DNA of 64,000 bases from Promethearchaeota archaeon (GTDB lineage Archaea; Asgardarchaeota; Lokiarchaeia; Sigyniarchaeales; SOKP01): the NCBI GenBank assembly GCA_008080735.1, contig SHMW01000002.1:67188-131187 (forward strand). The letters run 5' to 3'. The notes below the pieces were generated by a model. That model was not told the origin of the DNA, searched no databases, and saw only the letters and a list, made by a program, of their open reading frames with translations. Position 1 is the stretch's first letter; each line of letters opens with the position of its first letter. Position numbers and translations under genes: made by a program. This document shows positions 52,746 through 62,348 of the stretch, piece by piece.

Positions 52746-54941
52746 TTATTCAAAGACTACTTTTTTCGTTAGCGGGTCTAATTTTAGCAAATTTTTATTA
52801 AGAATTAGACGGATTTTCTGAGATGTAATTTTTGGATTATTATATACCAAATCATGTACATAGGAGGTATATTTTTTGCCTTTTTGAGCCAGTTTGTAAT
52901 GATCTTTGTTCTTTTCATCATAGAAAGGGATTGGGAAAGAAAAAGGACGTTTATGGATATGTCGAGAGCTTTTTATTAACTTAATATATTTTGTGATTAA
53001 AGGAGTGTTGAATATGGCTGTAAGATAATACGCTTCATTCTTCTGCTCAGTAGAATAATAATAATTCTCAGAATCTACGATTATTTTTTGTTCAAACTGT
53101 TCAATTACGGCAGATTTTAAATAAGAACCGCTTGCATTATACACTACAAGGTAAGGGGAGGTGTTCGTTTGCTTGGTTAGTTTATTCCAATAATTCAGAT
53201 TAGAAAATAACGTTTCTATATCACTGGTGGATTTTTTTCGCTCTTCATAAATATGATTCATTTTTTTATAAAAATCATACGCAAGAGGATTTGATTTCAA
53301 ATATTCTGTTTTGAATTTGTAATTTTCTTTATCAATAGGCAAAAAGACATCTCTCAACCGTTTTAGGAAGAATGGTACAAGATCTTTATTTAGGAACGTT
53401 TTAAATCGAAAATCTTTTTCTATTTTTTTATTTTTGAATTGGAATCTCCACTTTTTTTTAGATCGAGAGAGAATGTCCTTACTGGAAGATATAGACAATA
53501 TATTATTTTCTTCACTATTTATTTCAAAGAACACGAGATTCCTCGGAACTAAAGTCGCCCCTTGATAAAATCTTTTTTTATATTGACTGTATTGTATATT
53601 TGACAAATATTCTATATCCTTCTTAGGTAATATTACTAAGGCGCCGTCTTTTTCAATTTTTAAAGAAGAATATTCCGTTTCTTTTGTAATGTTTAAATTT
53701 TCATCAAAAATTTTAGCCAAAATGGGATATTTTTGCTGGATATCTTTCGTTTTATTTCCGGTATATTGGGCTTTAAGACAAATATGATCTATATTAAAGC
53801 AAGAATTATTAGAAAAATCCCATATCTCAATATTTTCAAATTTCCAAAATGCTCTGAATTTTTTACAATGATCTCCATTAATTAACGATTTTGTAGCTAC
53901 AAAAAAAATAATTCCGTTTGACTTTGAAAAGATTGTTGGGATTGCATAGAAAAATATCGCCGCAAGTTCAATATGAGTAATATATTGACTTTTGGGTTTG
54001 ATATTTAATTTTTCTGCTAAATTTCGAATTTTTTCTTGATAAGTTTTCTCTTTAAGGTCCTTGTAGGTTAACCAGGGTGGATTTCCTATAATTAGATCGA
54101 AGGAATTCAGTAACTCGTCCTGATTTAGTTTAAGCTTTTTAAATTCATTATTTTGAGGAAATAATGAATCTATATAATGGAAATTTAATTTTAATTTTTT
54201 CATATTGATATTGGGCATATATTCGTCTAAAATTATCAACGCATTGATCTTTAGAGTAAAAATTGCTAAAGGATTAATATCAAATCCAAATATATTCTCT
54301 ATCGCTTGGTATTTCAAACCATCAGATTTATGTGATTCTATTATTCTTGAGATAATTTCCATAATAAAATTACCCGAACCACACGCAGGATCTAATATTT
54401 TCATCCCAAATTCATAGCTATTCTTTACCATCTTTTTAACTAAATTTGAAGGTGTATAAAACTCACCTGTAGAATGCCTAATAGAAGATCGAATAATATC
54501 TTGATAATAATAATGAAATAAATCTTCTTTCTCGATATGAGCCTTGAATAGTAGACGGTAAATTTGATGGAAAGTTTCTTGGTCAATATTTACCCATTCA
54601 AAAGTCTGAAGTATCGGTGAGGAAAGCTTGTCATAATTTTTTGATATATAGGTTTTATATGCTTCTTTCACGTCTGCTCCTTTTTTTATGGAAATGCGAA
54701 CTACTAAAAAAATGAATAATGTCGTACAGTAATAACAGTGCTTAAGAAATAAGTTTTCGTTACATTCAATATTATATATTGACGAAAAAATGGATTTCCA
54801 TTCTTCATATTTCTTATCAAATACCTTAGTATTATTTTCCTTGACTTTCTGGATGAATTGGGATAATTTTTTATAAAAAGCAGAATTTTGCCCAAAAACG
54901 TCGACAATTCTCTTTGGATTTAAGGTTTCTTCAACAGGCAT
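52746..54941 (-). CDS. N6-adenine DNA methyltransferase with target-recognition region (type IIG/Eco57I-like, no obvious nuclease)
   Basis: GEFYTP, DPACGSGNF, FDINP, GNPPW, QGATLVPR. Confidence 0.85.
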   Translation of the reverse strand: MPVEETLNPKRIVDVFGQNSAFYKKLSQFIQKVKENNTKVFDKKYEEWKSIFSSIYNIECNENLFLKHCYYCTTLFIFLVVRISIKKGADVKEAYKTYISKNYDKLSSPILQTFEWVNIDQETFHQIYRLLFKAHIEKEDLFHYYYQDIIRSSIRHSTGEFYTPSNLVKKMVKNSYEFGMKILDPACGSGNFIMEIISRIIESHKSDGLKYQAIENIFGFDINPLAIFTLKINALIILDEYMPNINMKKLKLNFHYIDSLFPQNNEFKKLKLNQDELLNSFDLIIGNPPWLTYKDLKEKTYQEKIRNLAEKLNIKPKSQYITHIELAAIFFYAIPTIFSKSNGIIFFVATKSLINGDHCKKFRAFWKFENIEIWDFSNNSCFNIDHICLKAQYTGNKTKDIQQKYPILAKIFDENLNITKETEYSSLKIEKDGALVILPKKDIEYLSNIQYSQYKKRFYQGATLVPRNLVFFEINSEENNILSISSSKDILSRSKKKWRFQFKNKKIEKDFRFKTFLNKDLVPFFLKRLRDVFLPIDKENYKFKTEYLKSNPLAYDFYKKMNHIYEERKKSTSDIETLFSNLNYWNKLTKQTNTSPYLVVYNASGSYLKSAVIEQFEQKIIVDSENYYYSTEQKNEAYYLTAIFNTPLITKYIKLIKSSRHIHKRPFSFPIPFYDEKNKDHYKLAQKGKKYTSYVHDLVYNNPKITSQKIRLILNKNLLKLDPLTKKVVFE

Positions 54942-54944
54942 CTT

Positions 54945-56279
54945 TTAAAATCCCGGTAATCGTTTGATTCTTGTCCATTCTTTATCAAATATGAAATCGA
55001 GATCAAAATCAAAGAGTTGTTTTTTAATATCGATTACTAATGTGGACCACCCAAAATCCCTCGCTCCCATAGCTTCTCCAGTTTGAGGATGGTAATATTC
55101 AGAAAACCCAGACTTTTCTATTAAATCGAAAGTTCTCTGAGCTAATTGGAGTGCAACATTTTCGAAACCATGTTTTTTCAAACCCTTGATAATGAACCAA
55201 TTAATATTAATCCAGCTGGGACCCCTCCATAATAATCCCGTTTCTTGATCGGAAAAAGTGGGCTCGTCTAATGCAACAGAGGGGATAGGAAAATCAGACC
55301 AAAATTCCTCCTCATTCAGTAAATGATCGAACACTAAGGTTGCAGCAATATTGTTTGGTAGGTTCGTTAAAATTAGGGGAATTAGCGAAAGGGATGTTTT
55401 AACTTTGTTAATTTTATTCTCATTTCCATATGTCCCGAAAAATAAACCCTCTTCTTTATCCCAGAATTCTCGTATCAAGATAGTTTCCATTTCATCAGCT
55501 CTTTTAATGCATGTTTCCGCTTCCCCTTTTTCTTCAAGCTGGTCATATAATTCCGCAAGGAGTCTATAACCTTCGATAAAAGTACAATTAAAAAGGATAT
55601 CTTTAAATAGAAAAAAATTCATTTCAAAAATTTTCTCCATATTCCATTCACAAAGATTCAAAATATTCAATTGTTCTAGTAAAGCTTTCATCCATTGAGA
55701 TGGAAGTTTTTCCTTTGAAGTGTCAATATTGAGTGGTGCATCATAGAGTGGTGAATTATCAATTCCCGATTCCCATACATGAATGATATTTAATAATGAG
55801 ATTGGATCAACCGGATTCCTTCTTGTAGTATACAAGAAATCATAGAAATCTCGTACCGCTCCGATATATGTGCGGATATATTCTATATTCTTTTCCGCTC
55901 TATAAATCGAGCATAATGCATCAGCGAGAATAGGAGTTTGTGTTATAGAACTCTTAGATAAGAATTTGTAATATTTTCTAACTAATTGATCGATCTGAGT
56001 AATATTTCCTTTCCAATAATATATATGTGGCAAAAATCCATTATCCTCTTGAAGCTTCAAAAGGGTCTCAAATTCTTTTTTAGCATATTCAATATTAAGG
56101 TGGCTATTAACTATTATATGAAAACACGAATCCCATAACCATTGATGCTGATACTCTGGAATACTTGGGCATATATAAAAATATTTTATGTTCAGGTTAT
56201 TTTGTGCGATGTCTTCTTGGATATTATTTTCCAATATCGTAGAAGCTTTAACATCAATATCCTTAATATATTCAGACAT
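54945..56279 (-). CDS. GH63-like (alpha/alpha)6 glycosidase (MGH1/amylo-alpha-1,6-glucosidase-like)
   Basis: QWLWDSCFH, TQTP, WESGIDNSP, WRGPSWININ, FSEYY, FGWS. Confidence 0.85.
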   Translation of the reverse strand: MSEYIKDIDVKASTILENNIQEDIAQNNLNIKYFYICPSIPEYQHQWLWDSCFHIIVNSHLNIEYAKKEFETLLKLQEDNGFLPHIYYWKGNITQIDQLVRKYYKFLSKSSITQTPILADALCSIYRAEKNIEYIRTYIGAVRDFYDFLYTTRRNPVDPISLLNIIHVWESGIDNSPLYDAPLNIDTSKEKLPSQWMKALLEQLNILNLCEWNMEKIFEMNFFLFKDILFNCTFIEGYRLLAELYDQLEEKGEAETCIKRADEMETILIREFWDKEEGLFFGTYGNENKINKVKTSLSLIPLILTNLPNNIAATLVFDHLLNEEEFWSDFPIPSVALDEPTFSDQETGLLWRGPSWININWFIIKGLKKHGFENVALQLAQRTFDLIEKSGFSEYYHPQTGEAMGARDFGWSTLVIDIKKQLFDFDLDFIFDKEWTRIKRLPGF

Positions 56280-56441
56280 TAGGCAATATGCACCCTTATA
56301 ATGAACGTTGTTGATATTCTCCTTTCATTATTTCTGCATTATATAAATGCATCTTAATTATATCTATATTAAATTTTAAATAATAAAATAATTATTAAAG
56401 AAAAGTGAGTGGTTAACTCATGCTTTAATCGGGATGAATTA

Positions 56442-56978
56442 TTATCTCATAAATGAGGGGAGGAATAAGTTATAAAATTCAGAAATCTTATCCAAAATCG
56501 ACTTTTGTCGTATTTTTGTTAAAAGCAGATAAGACTCCTCTAATTCTTTCCTATCCAAAGACCCGCTAGCATAGATTGCCTCTTGATCATTAAACACGAG
56601 GAGAGAGACGACATTTGGATTATTAACAACATTTATTTTTCGTTCATTTTTTATTTCATCATAAAATTCAACATAATCCGTTGGAATATTACCACGTTCA
56701 CTTGTGACTACTCTAATATTTATTTCTTTAACAGCTAAATTTTTAAGTTCATTTGTATAAAATCTATCGATTTTTGAGCTTAAAATACTTAGTTGACCTT
56801 CCGTGTTGGTAAATAGATTCAACAATTCGTCATTAATCCTATTTTTACTATCTGGACCACCTGATATTTCAATTTCCACGTTTCCAACTAACGATAAAAT
56901 CTTGTTCTCTAATTGTTCAACTTCATTTTTTAGCCTTCGGTTTTCAACCCGTAATTCAATTAATCTGTCATCTGACAA
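56442..56978 (-). CDS. coiled-coil + degenerate PLD-like domain protein
   Basis: N-terminal heptads LRVENRRLKNEVEQLENKI; PLD-like pattern (INIRVVTS...NPNVVSLLVFNDQEAIYASGSL) lacking HxK. Confidence 0.6.
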   Translation of the reverse strand: MSDDRLIELRVENRRLKNEVEQLENKILSLVGNVEIEISGGPDSKNRINDELLNLFTNTEGQLSILSSKIDRFYTNELKNLAVKEINIRVVTSERGNIPTDYVEFYDEIKNERKINVVNNPNVVSLLVFNDQEAIYASGSLDRKELEESYLLLTKIRQKSILDKISEFYNLFLPSFMR

Positions 56979-57077
56979 TTTAATTCACTTCTTTTATCAC
57001 TAATTATGATATAAATGTAGTATTTTTGTTGATATTTAATATTATTTCATTTAATTTTGCATTTTGTATTTAAATTA

Positions 57078-59663
57078 TTATTTTGAATCCATTTTGTTCC
57101 AAGGTTCTCCATATAATATGAAACTACTTATCGTTTGGCTGTTTTCGATATTAATATGCTGATCTTCATCACTTTGCTTGGATTTTGAAATTTTTTCTTC
57201 TAAAAATTTTGTGGTCCTGTCTGCGATGCATTTTTGCCGAGATTTTAAAAGTGCCACACCTAAAGATTTATGGTCAAATAAGTTCGAAAAGAAATTAGCG
57301 ATTATCTTTTTCGATTCATCATTAAATATTGCATAATTTCTGCTAATAATCCCAGAAATATTATTGGTCATGAAGTTCGAAATAATTTCACCAAAACTCC
57401 GTAATTCATCTTCAATATGATTTCCCTCGTTATCATAAAGTTGTGTATTAAAGAATATTATTGGTCTAGTTTTGTTGTTTTCTTTCAAAGCTTCAAAAAT
57501 ATCTGAAAATTTTACAATGTTCCTATCATTAGTGAGGAAGTAGGAATTTTGAGGATTTAATTCGGAGTAAAAAATGTTTCCGATAATATATATAATATGG
57601 TGATTATCCGAAGAGATATTTTCTAAAATTTTACTATGTGTACTTTCTCTTCCCGAAAGAATATCCAAGGATTCAATTTCCGTTCGCTGGCTTAGAAATC
57701 GGGTTATAAAATCTAATTCATTCGCTCCAGCTGGAAACGGGAATAATAATTCCTTTCCTTTTAAATCTTCATTCCATTTTTTCGGTCCTAATGTATTTAT
57801 TGAGTCGATTATGAGCGCTTTATATTGACCATTGGTTGATTCTTCTTTCGAACTTGATTCTTGTTCTTTATACGTAAAATCAAATCCTCCTATAGGAGGT
57901 TCTCCAATATTATATCCACTAGAATATTTCAAGAGAAAGAAATTTCCATCGTAGATTAATTCAAATGGAATTGTCATATGATCAAGAATGAAATAGACAT
58001 GTGGGATATAATCAAGACTCCTTACTTTAAATTGAGTAAAGAAATCTCTGATGAGCTTAGGTAATAAGAGAAACAAAACTTTTCCAAAATCTCTCAAATT
58101 AAAGTCATATTCTTTTTGCTTCTCATTTGAGAACATCTCATTGTAAATATCAAGGATGTGCATATCATTCCAGAATTCATTTTCAATGTTTCCTTCAAGA
58201 GTGTCATTTTTTAGTGAAAGGATTCTATATGACATTTCTCCCGAAGATCGAATTCTAATTATTATATTTTTAATATCAAAATCCTTCTCATAAAATGCAT
58301 ATTGCTCTTTCTCATCCAAAAGATATATCTGGTTTTTTAATTCCTTAGTTTCTTCATAAATCTTTTCTAGATCTTCTAAGAGAGGTCGTATACGTTTTCC
58401 TAAGTGGGGAATAATGCTTCTTGCCAATTCTAGATCGTCTTGCTCATACAGAGCACGATAAAAGATCATCCTCCAAAAGTCGCGCTTTTCCAATGAGAAG
58501 AACATAGTTTTAAATTTCCATAAGTAGTTGCAAGTGTAAAAATAATGGAAAATTTGTGAGGGTTTTTGAGGAGTAGTTAAATGATTGGTTAATTTTTCTA
58601 TGGATTGTAAAAGATATTTTTTTTCTTTCATATTAACAAATTTCTTACATGCTTCTGCCCAAAGCTCAATAGATACATTATCGTAGCTTAAATCAGACTT
58701 CAGCATAAATAAATCTTCTAAAAAATTGTAGATCTCAAATGCTATCATAAAATTATTTCGATTAATAGAGTATTCAATAAATTGTCTGGTGAGAACGATT
58801 GCGTCTCCAAAAGATTGGAAATTCTTCGTTATATTGAATAATGCGCGAATGATGATGATAATCCAGAAAGCTTCTCCAATATTGTTTAAATATTGAATTA
58901 ACCAAATAAGATCTTCCTTAATCGAATTAAAAGTCCCTTGGTTAATCTTAATTCTGCTTAGATTACTAAAAGTATCCCGTAAGTAATTAGGAATTCTGTT
59001 CACGAGAATCTTATTCATTGTGTGTATGAATTCTTCTGAATCTTCGAGGAGCTCAAATTTTATGTTAACATTTTCTAAAATCACATACAAAAATAAGGCT
59101 CGTTTTCCAGGTTCTAATTTATATATAATTCTTCCCAAGTATTCCATTGCACTCCTGAAATAATCGGTGGGAATCACAGACTTTCTTAAATACATTAAAA
59201 GGATTTGCAACTCAATGAGCTTTGAATATTCTCGCTGCTCTATCACCTTTATTGAGAATGAGTTGATGAACTGAGTTATTCCATCGATGGATAAATCTTC
59301 CATTTCAATGAAAGTTTGGAGTAATTTAGTCGCGAATTTTTCAAAAAGATTAAAATCTTCCAATTTTGTGAGAAAGGAGAAGAATCTTTTATACGCATCC
59401 ACATATTTGATTAGATCCATCTCTTCCTTATTTTTCTGCTTTAAGGAGTTGACATATATCCAATATGAATTTGATAAGACCAGAATTAATTGATGCTTTT
59501 TTTGAGCATTCAACCATTCCTTAGTTTCAATATCGAAATATAAATCTTGAAGTAATTTCGAAGCCCAGTGATGATTTCCCGATTGAAGTAATCGTCGAGC
59601 CTGTATCACCCGGTCTTGAAATTCGCTAAGGAATTTACGTTTTTTATCTACATTTATACTCAT
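57078..59663 (-). CDS. alpha-helical solenoid protein with C-terminal catalytically inactive CHAT domain
   Basis: IPFELIYDG, AGANE, IIYIIGNI (vs IHFAGHG), IFFNTQ (vs LNAC), SLGVALLKSR, FILYGEP. Confidence 0.75.
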   Translation of the reverse strand: MSINVDKKRKFLSEFQDRVIQARRLLQSGNHHWASKLLQDLYFDIETKEWLNAQKKHQLILVLSNSYWIYVNSLKQKNKEEMDLIKYVDAYKRFFSFLTKLEDFNLFEKFATKLLQTFIEMEDLSIDGITQFINSFSIKVIEQREYSKLIELQILLMYLRKSVIPTDYFRSAMEYLGRIIYKLEPGKRALFLYVILENVNIKFELLEDSEEFIHTMNKILVNRIPNYLRDTFSNLSRIKINQGTFNSIKEDLIWLIQYLNNIGEAFWIIIIIRALFNITKNFQSFGDAIVLTRQFIEYSINRNNFMIAFEIYNFLEDLFMLKSDLSYDNVSIELWAEACKKFVNMKEKKYLLQSIEKLTNHLTTPQKPSQIFHYFYTCNYLWKFKTMFFSLEKRDFWRMIFYRALYEQDDLELARSIIPHLGKRIRPLLEDLEKIYEETKELKNQIYLLDEKEQYAFYEKDFDIKNIIIRIRSSGEMSYRILSLKNDTLEGNIENEFWNDMHILDIYNEMFSNEKQKEYDFNLRDFGKVLFLLLPKLIRDFFTQFKVRSLDYIPHVYFILDHMTIPFELIYDGNFFLLKYSSGYNIGEPPIGGFDFTYKEQESSSKEESTNGQYKALIIDSINTLGPKKWNEDLKGKELLFPFPAGANELDFITRFLSQRTEIESLDILSGRESTHSKILENISSDNHHIIYIIGNIFYSELNPQNSYFLTNDRNIVKFSDIFEALKENNKTRPIIFFNTQLYDNEGNHIEDELRSFGEIISNFMTNNISGIISRNYAIFNDESKKIIANFFSNLFDHKSLGVALLKSRQKCIADRTTKFLEEKISKSKQSDEDQHINIENSQTISSFILYGEPWNKMDSK

Positions 59664-59665
59664 CT

Positions 59666-60838
59666 TTAATCACACTCCCCTTGCTCTATTGATCCTTCTT
59701 CTAATCGGGGGTTCTTAATCCACCCTTCCAATTTATCACGACCAAACAAAACACTACCGCCGATCCATGCCATATTTTCCCTCCCTGAAGCTGCAAAAAC
59801 TTTTATCTGGTCTTTTAATTTATCAGAAAAATGCTTTCTAAGTTCAAATTGTAGTCTGTCTTTGAGTCCAGGTATAAGACTCCCCCCTCCCGAGAGGATA
59901 ACATTCGATAGTAGGTCTGCCCAATTTTCTCTGTCCCAAAAACGGACGATTTTTGCGATTACTTCTGGAAGAGACATATAATCAATATGCACAAGTTTGG
60001 GATCAAAAAGAGGTTCACTTATCATAAATCTCTCATAATTTATTTTTAATTTGGAATTATCGGGCAATTTCACTACCCTATTATATTTTGTCAGCCCCTC
60101 TTTGATCCTTTCTTTCTCTTTTTTCGGGTTTTGTACGCATATCGACATTTTTTCTTTTATCTCTTTTGCAAGCCAATAATCCAGATAAAAATTTCTGCTG
60201 GAGGCCCTTCCTTTCAAGATCATATTAAGAAAATAATTTGTAAGTTCTTCACCCGCAATCGGAAAAACATCTCTCGCCATAATGTTAGTAAAGCCATGAT
60301 AAATGGAGGAGATATAGGTATTATTTTCGCCCATATTAATAATAACACCATCTGATTTTCTCAAAGTTGAGAGTATTGCTTTATCATCGGGAAGGAAAAG
60401 TAAAAATGGAAACTCGAATTTTTCAAAAAAAATATTTTTTAATTTGGCCTTAATTATATCCGTCAAATTAAACGGGCTTATAATAATGATTGGTTGCATG
60501 AATCTGTATTCATCAGGTATGTTCAACTTCTCATAGTGAAAAAGGAAATATTTTTCGAGAATATTATAATTTTCTTCCTTGATAAATTCATGAATTTTTA
60601 AAATATTTTGATATTTTAAGGCATTATCCCCGAACAAATACTCCTGTCGGTTATCGCCGATAAAAATCTCTTCTAATCCGTTTACTACATCTGAATCAAA
60701 GATATAATCGGACGCATCAACATAAATGCTTGGAGTAAGTATCTCGGGAAAATCTCCGCCTGCCCATCCAAATCTAAACGTTGAAGAACCAAAATCAGCT
60801 ATTAATGGTCTTAAATATGTTTGTTCTGCAGACGACAT
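59666..60838 (-). CDS. Asgard actin-related protein (divergent actin/ARP)
   Basis: DFGSSTFRFGWAGGDFP, IFFEKF, INMGE, IAGEELT, EIKEK, LPD, ERF-EPLFDP, ILSGGGSLIPGLKDRL, AWIGGSVL. Confidence 0.92.
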   Translation of the reverse strand: MSSAEQTYLRPLIADFGSSTFRFGWAGGDFPEILTPSIYVDASDYIFDSDVVNGLEEIFIGDNRQEYLFGDNALKYQNILKIHEFIKEENYNILEKYFLFHYEKLNIPDEYRFMQPIIIISPFNLTDIIKAKLKNIFFEKFEFPFLLFLPDDKAILSTLRKSDGVIINMGENNTYISSIYHGFTNIMARDVFPIAGEELTNYFLNMILKGRASSRNFYLDYWLAKEIKEKMSICVQNPKKEKERIKEGLTKYNRVVKLPDNSKLKINYERFMISEPLFDPKLVHIDYMSLPEVIAKIVRFWDRENWADLLSNVILSGGGSLIPGLKDRLQFELRKHFSDKLKDQIKVFAASGRENMAWIGGSVLFGRDKLEGWIKNPRLEEGSIEQGECD

Positions 60839-60897
60839 TTTTCTTAAGAGTAAAATGTAAAATGTAGAATAATTATATAGTTAAAATGATAGTAAGA

Positions 60898-61557
60898 TTA
60901 ATGAAATATTTCATCGGTCATCCGCTTAAGTTGATATTCCTTCACTTGGAGTTCTAATAATCCTAATACTTTTCTGAATTCTCTAGACATTCCTTGAATA
61001 TCAACTTCAGCAATTTTCTCAATCTCATCTCTTTTTAGCTTGAATTGGTCTAAATTCTTACGAATTTTTTCATAGGCTTTATTGATTTCTTGTGTTAGAG
61101 CTTCTGTGTTTTTTTTGGTTATTTTACGCATTTTTCGCAGTAATGATAATAGCGCAGAAATAGAATTTTCCCATTGATTATAACGCTCTTGATTTCCATT
61201 GAATAATTTCTCGAAGAATTCCCCTAGTTTCTCATAGACATCTTCTCCTTTATACTTGCTTTTTCCCTCTTTAACAAAACTGGGGGTTTCTTTTACGGAA
61301 GAAGGGGGTTTTGGAGGCTTTACTTCTAATTCTTGTTCACTAGATTCCTCTTCTTTCTCTTCTTTTTTCACGTATGATAATTGAGGTTCAATCACCTCAT
61401 CTTTTTCAACTTTTTTTTCCTTTTTTTTGTAAAACCCTTTCCCCGATTGTAAAGCACTGATAAAATTCTGCAAATCATTTTCCGTTTTTTTTGTAGATTT
61501 TAACGCGCTGTCTAGTGAATCTTCCTTTTCCTTTCTATCACTTTTCTTTTTTGCCAT
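60898..61557 (-). CDS. hypothetical protein: K/E-rich disordered N-terminus, PPKPP motif, C-terminal coiled coil
   Basis: Amino-acid composition and heptad pattern; directly upstream of the ARP gene. Confidence 0.75.
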   Translation of the reverse strand: MAKKKSDRKEKEDSLDSALKSTKKTENDLQNFISALQSGKGFYKKKEKKVEKDEVIEPQLSYVKKEEKEEESSEQELEVKPPKPPSSVKETPSFVKEGKSKYKGEDVYEKLGEFFEKLFNGNQERYNQWENSISALLSLLRKMRKITKKNTEALTQEINKAYEKIRKNLDQFKLKRDEIEKIAEVDIQGMSREFRKVLGLLELQVKEYQLKRMTDEIFH

Positions 61558-61725
61558 GAGACTTCGTTAACTCATTTTATCTTATTATCATAATAAAGAT
61601 TTATCTTATAAATATAATTGTAGCTTCTCCTTTTAAATTTAGAGTATGCTTCCTATATTCATATTTTCTATGAAATTACGAAATAGATAAAAATGTGAAG
61701 AATAGAAATATTGGGGGGCTACATC

Positions 61726-62181
61726 TTATAATGGAACAACTTCAACCTTAAGAGCATCGCCCTCATCTTTTAGTTTTTGTTCAAGCTTATCTAAAGATAT
61801 ATCCGGGGTTGGGCTGATTACTGTCCACATGGCTTTCTTTTCCTTTTCTATGATAACTGATTCCCCGTACATTAATGATATCCCTAAACTTCCAAAAGTG
61901 CTGGCGATTTTAGCTAATGAGCCAGGTGCATCTTCCATAGTAATTCTTAATTTAATTGGCTTTCTCTCTTCATCTAATCCCACGGGAGTAATTTTGATTT
62001 CCTTGGTCTCACTATCTGCCGTCATCATAACTTGAGAATTAGTGGTAAGTCCCAAGCTTTCACGTATGATTTGAGGGATAACAACTCGACCGCGATCATC
62101 TAATGATACTATTTTCACTTCTTTCATACTATGGGTAAATAATGGGAATTCAATTATTAACATTAAATGAACAAAACACAT
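61726..62181 (-). CDS. AbrB/MazE DNA-binding + ACT-domain regulator
   Basis: LDDRGRVVIPQIIRESLGL (AbrB) and MEDAPGSLAKIA..GISL (ACT); likely start MKEVKIV near 62127. Confidence 0.85.
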   Translation of the reverse strand: MCFVHLMLIIEFPLFTHSMKEVKIVSLDDRGRVVIPQIIRESLGLTTNSQVMMTADSETKEIKITPVGLDEERKPIKLRITMEDAPGSLAKIASTFGSLGISLMYGESVIIEKEKKAMWTVISPTPDISLDKLEQKLKDEGDALKVEVVPL

Positions 62182-62348
62182 ATAAATCTATACGCTTAAA
62201 AGGTCTGATTATAATATATTTCCATCAGAGTTTATTGAGATTTGATACGATTTTTGAAGATATGGAAATTTTTCAATGGATAACTAAATCAGAGAAAAAA
62301 AATTCGATTGAGGAATAGTATAATAATAGAAAAAGAATAAAGTGGAAG

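Noticed and set aside
52746-54941. BREX/DISARM defence system
   Set aside because: None of the partner genes (PglZ, BrxC, helicases) is present in the window.
59666-60838. Bona fide lokiactin, crenactin or MreB
   Set aside because: Eukaryotic-actin-type motifs exclude MreB, but substitutions at key positions are too extensive for conserved lokiactin.
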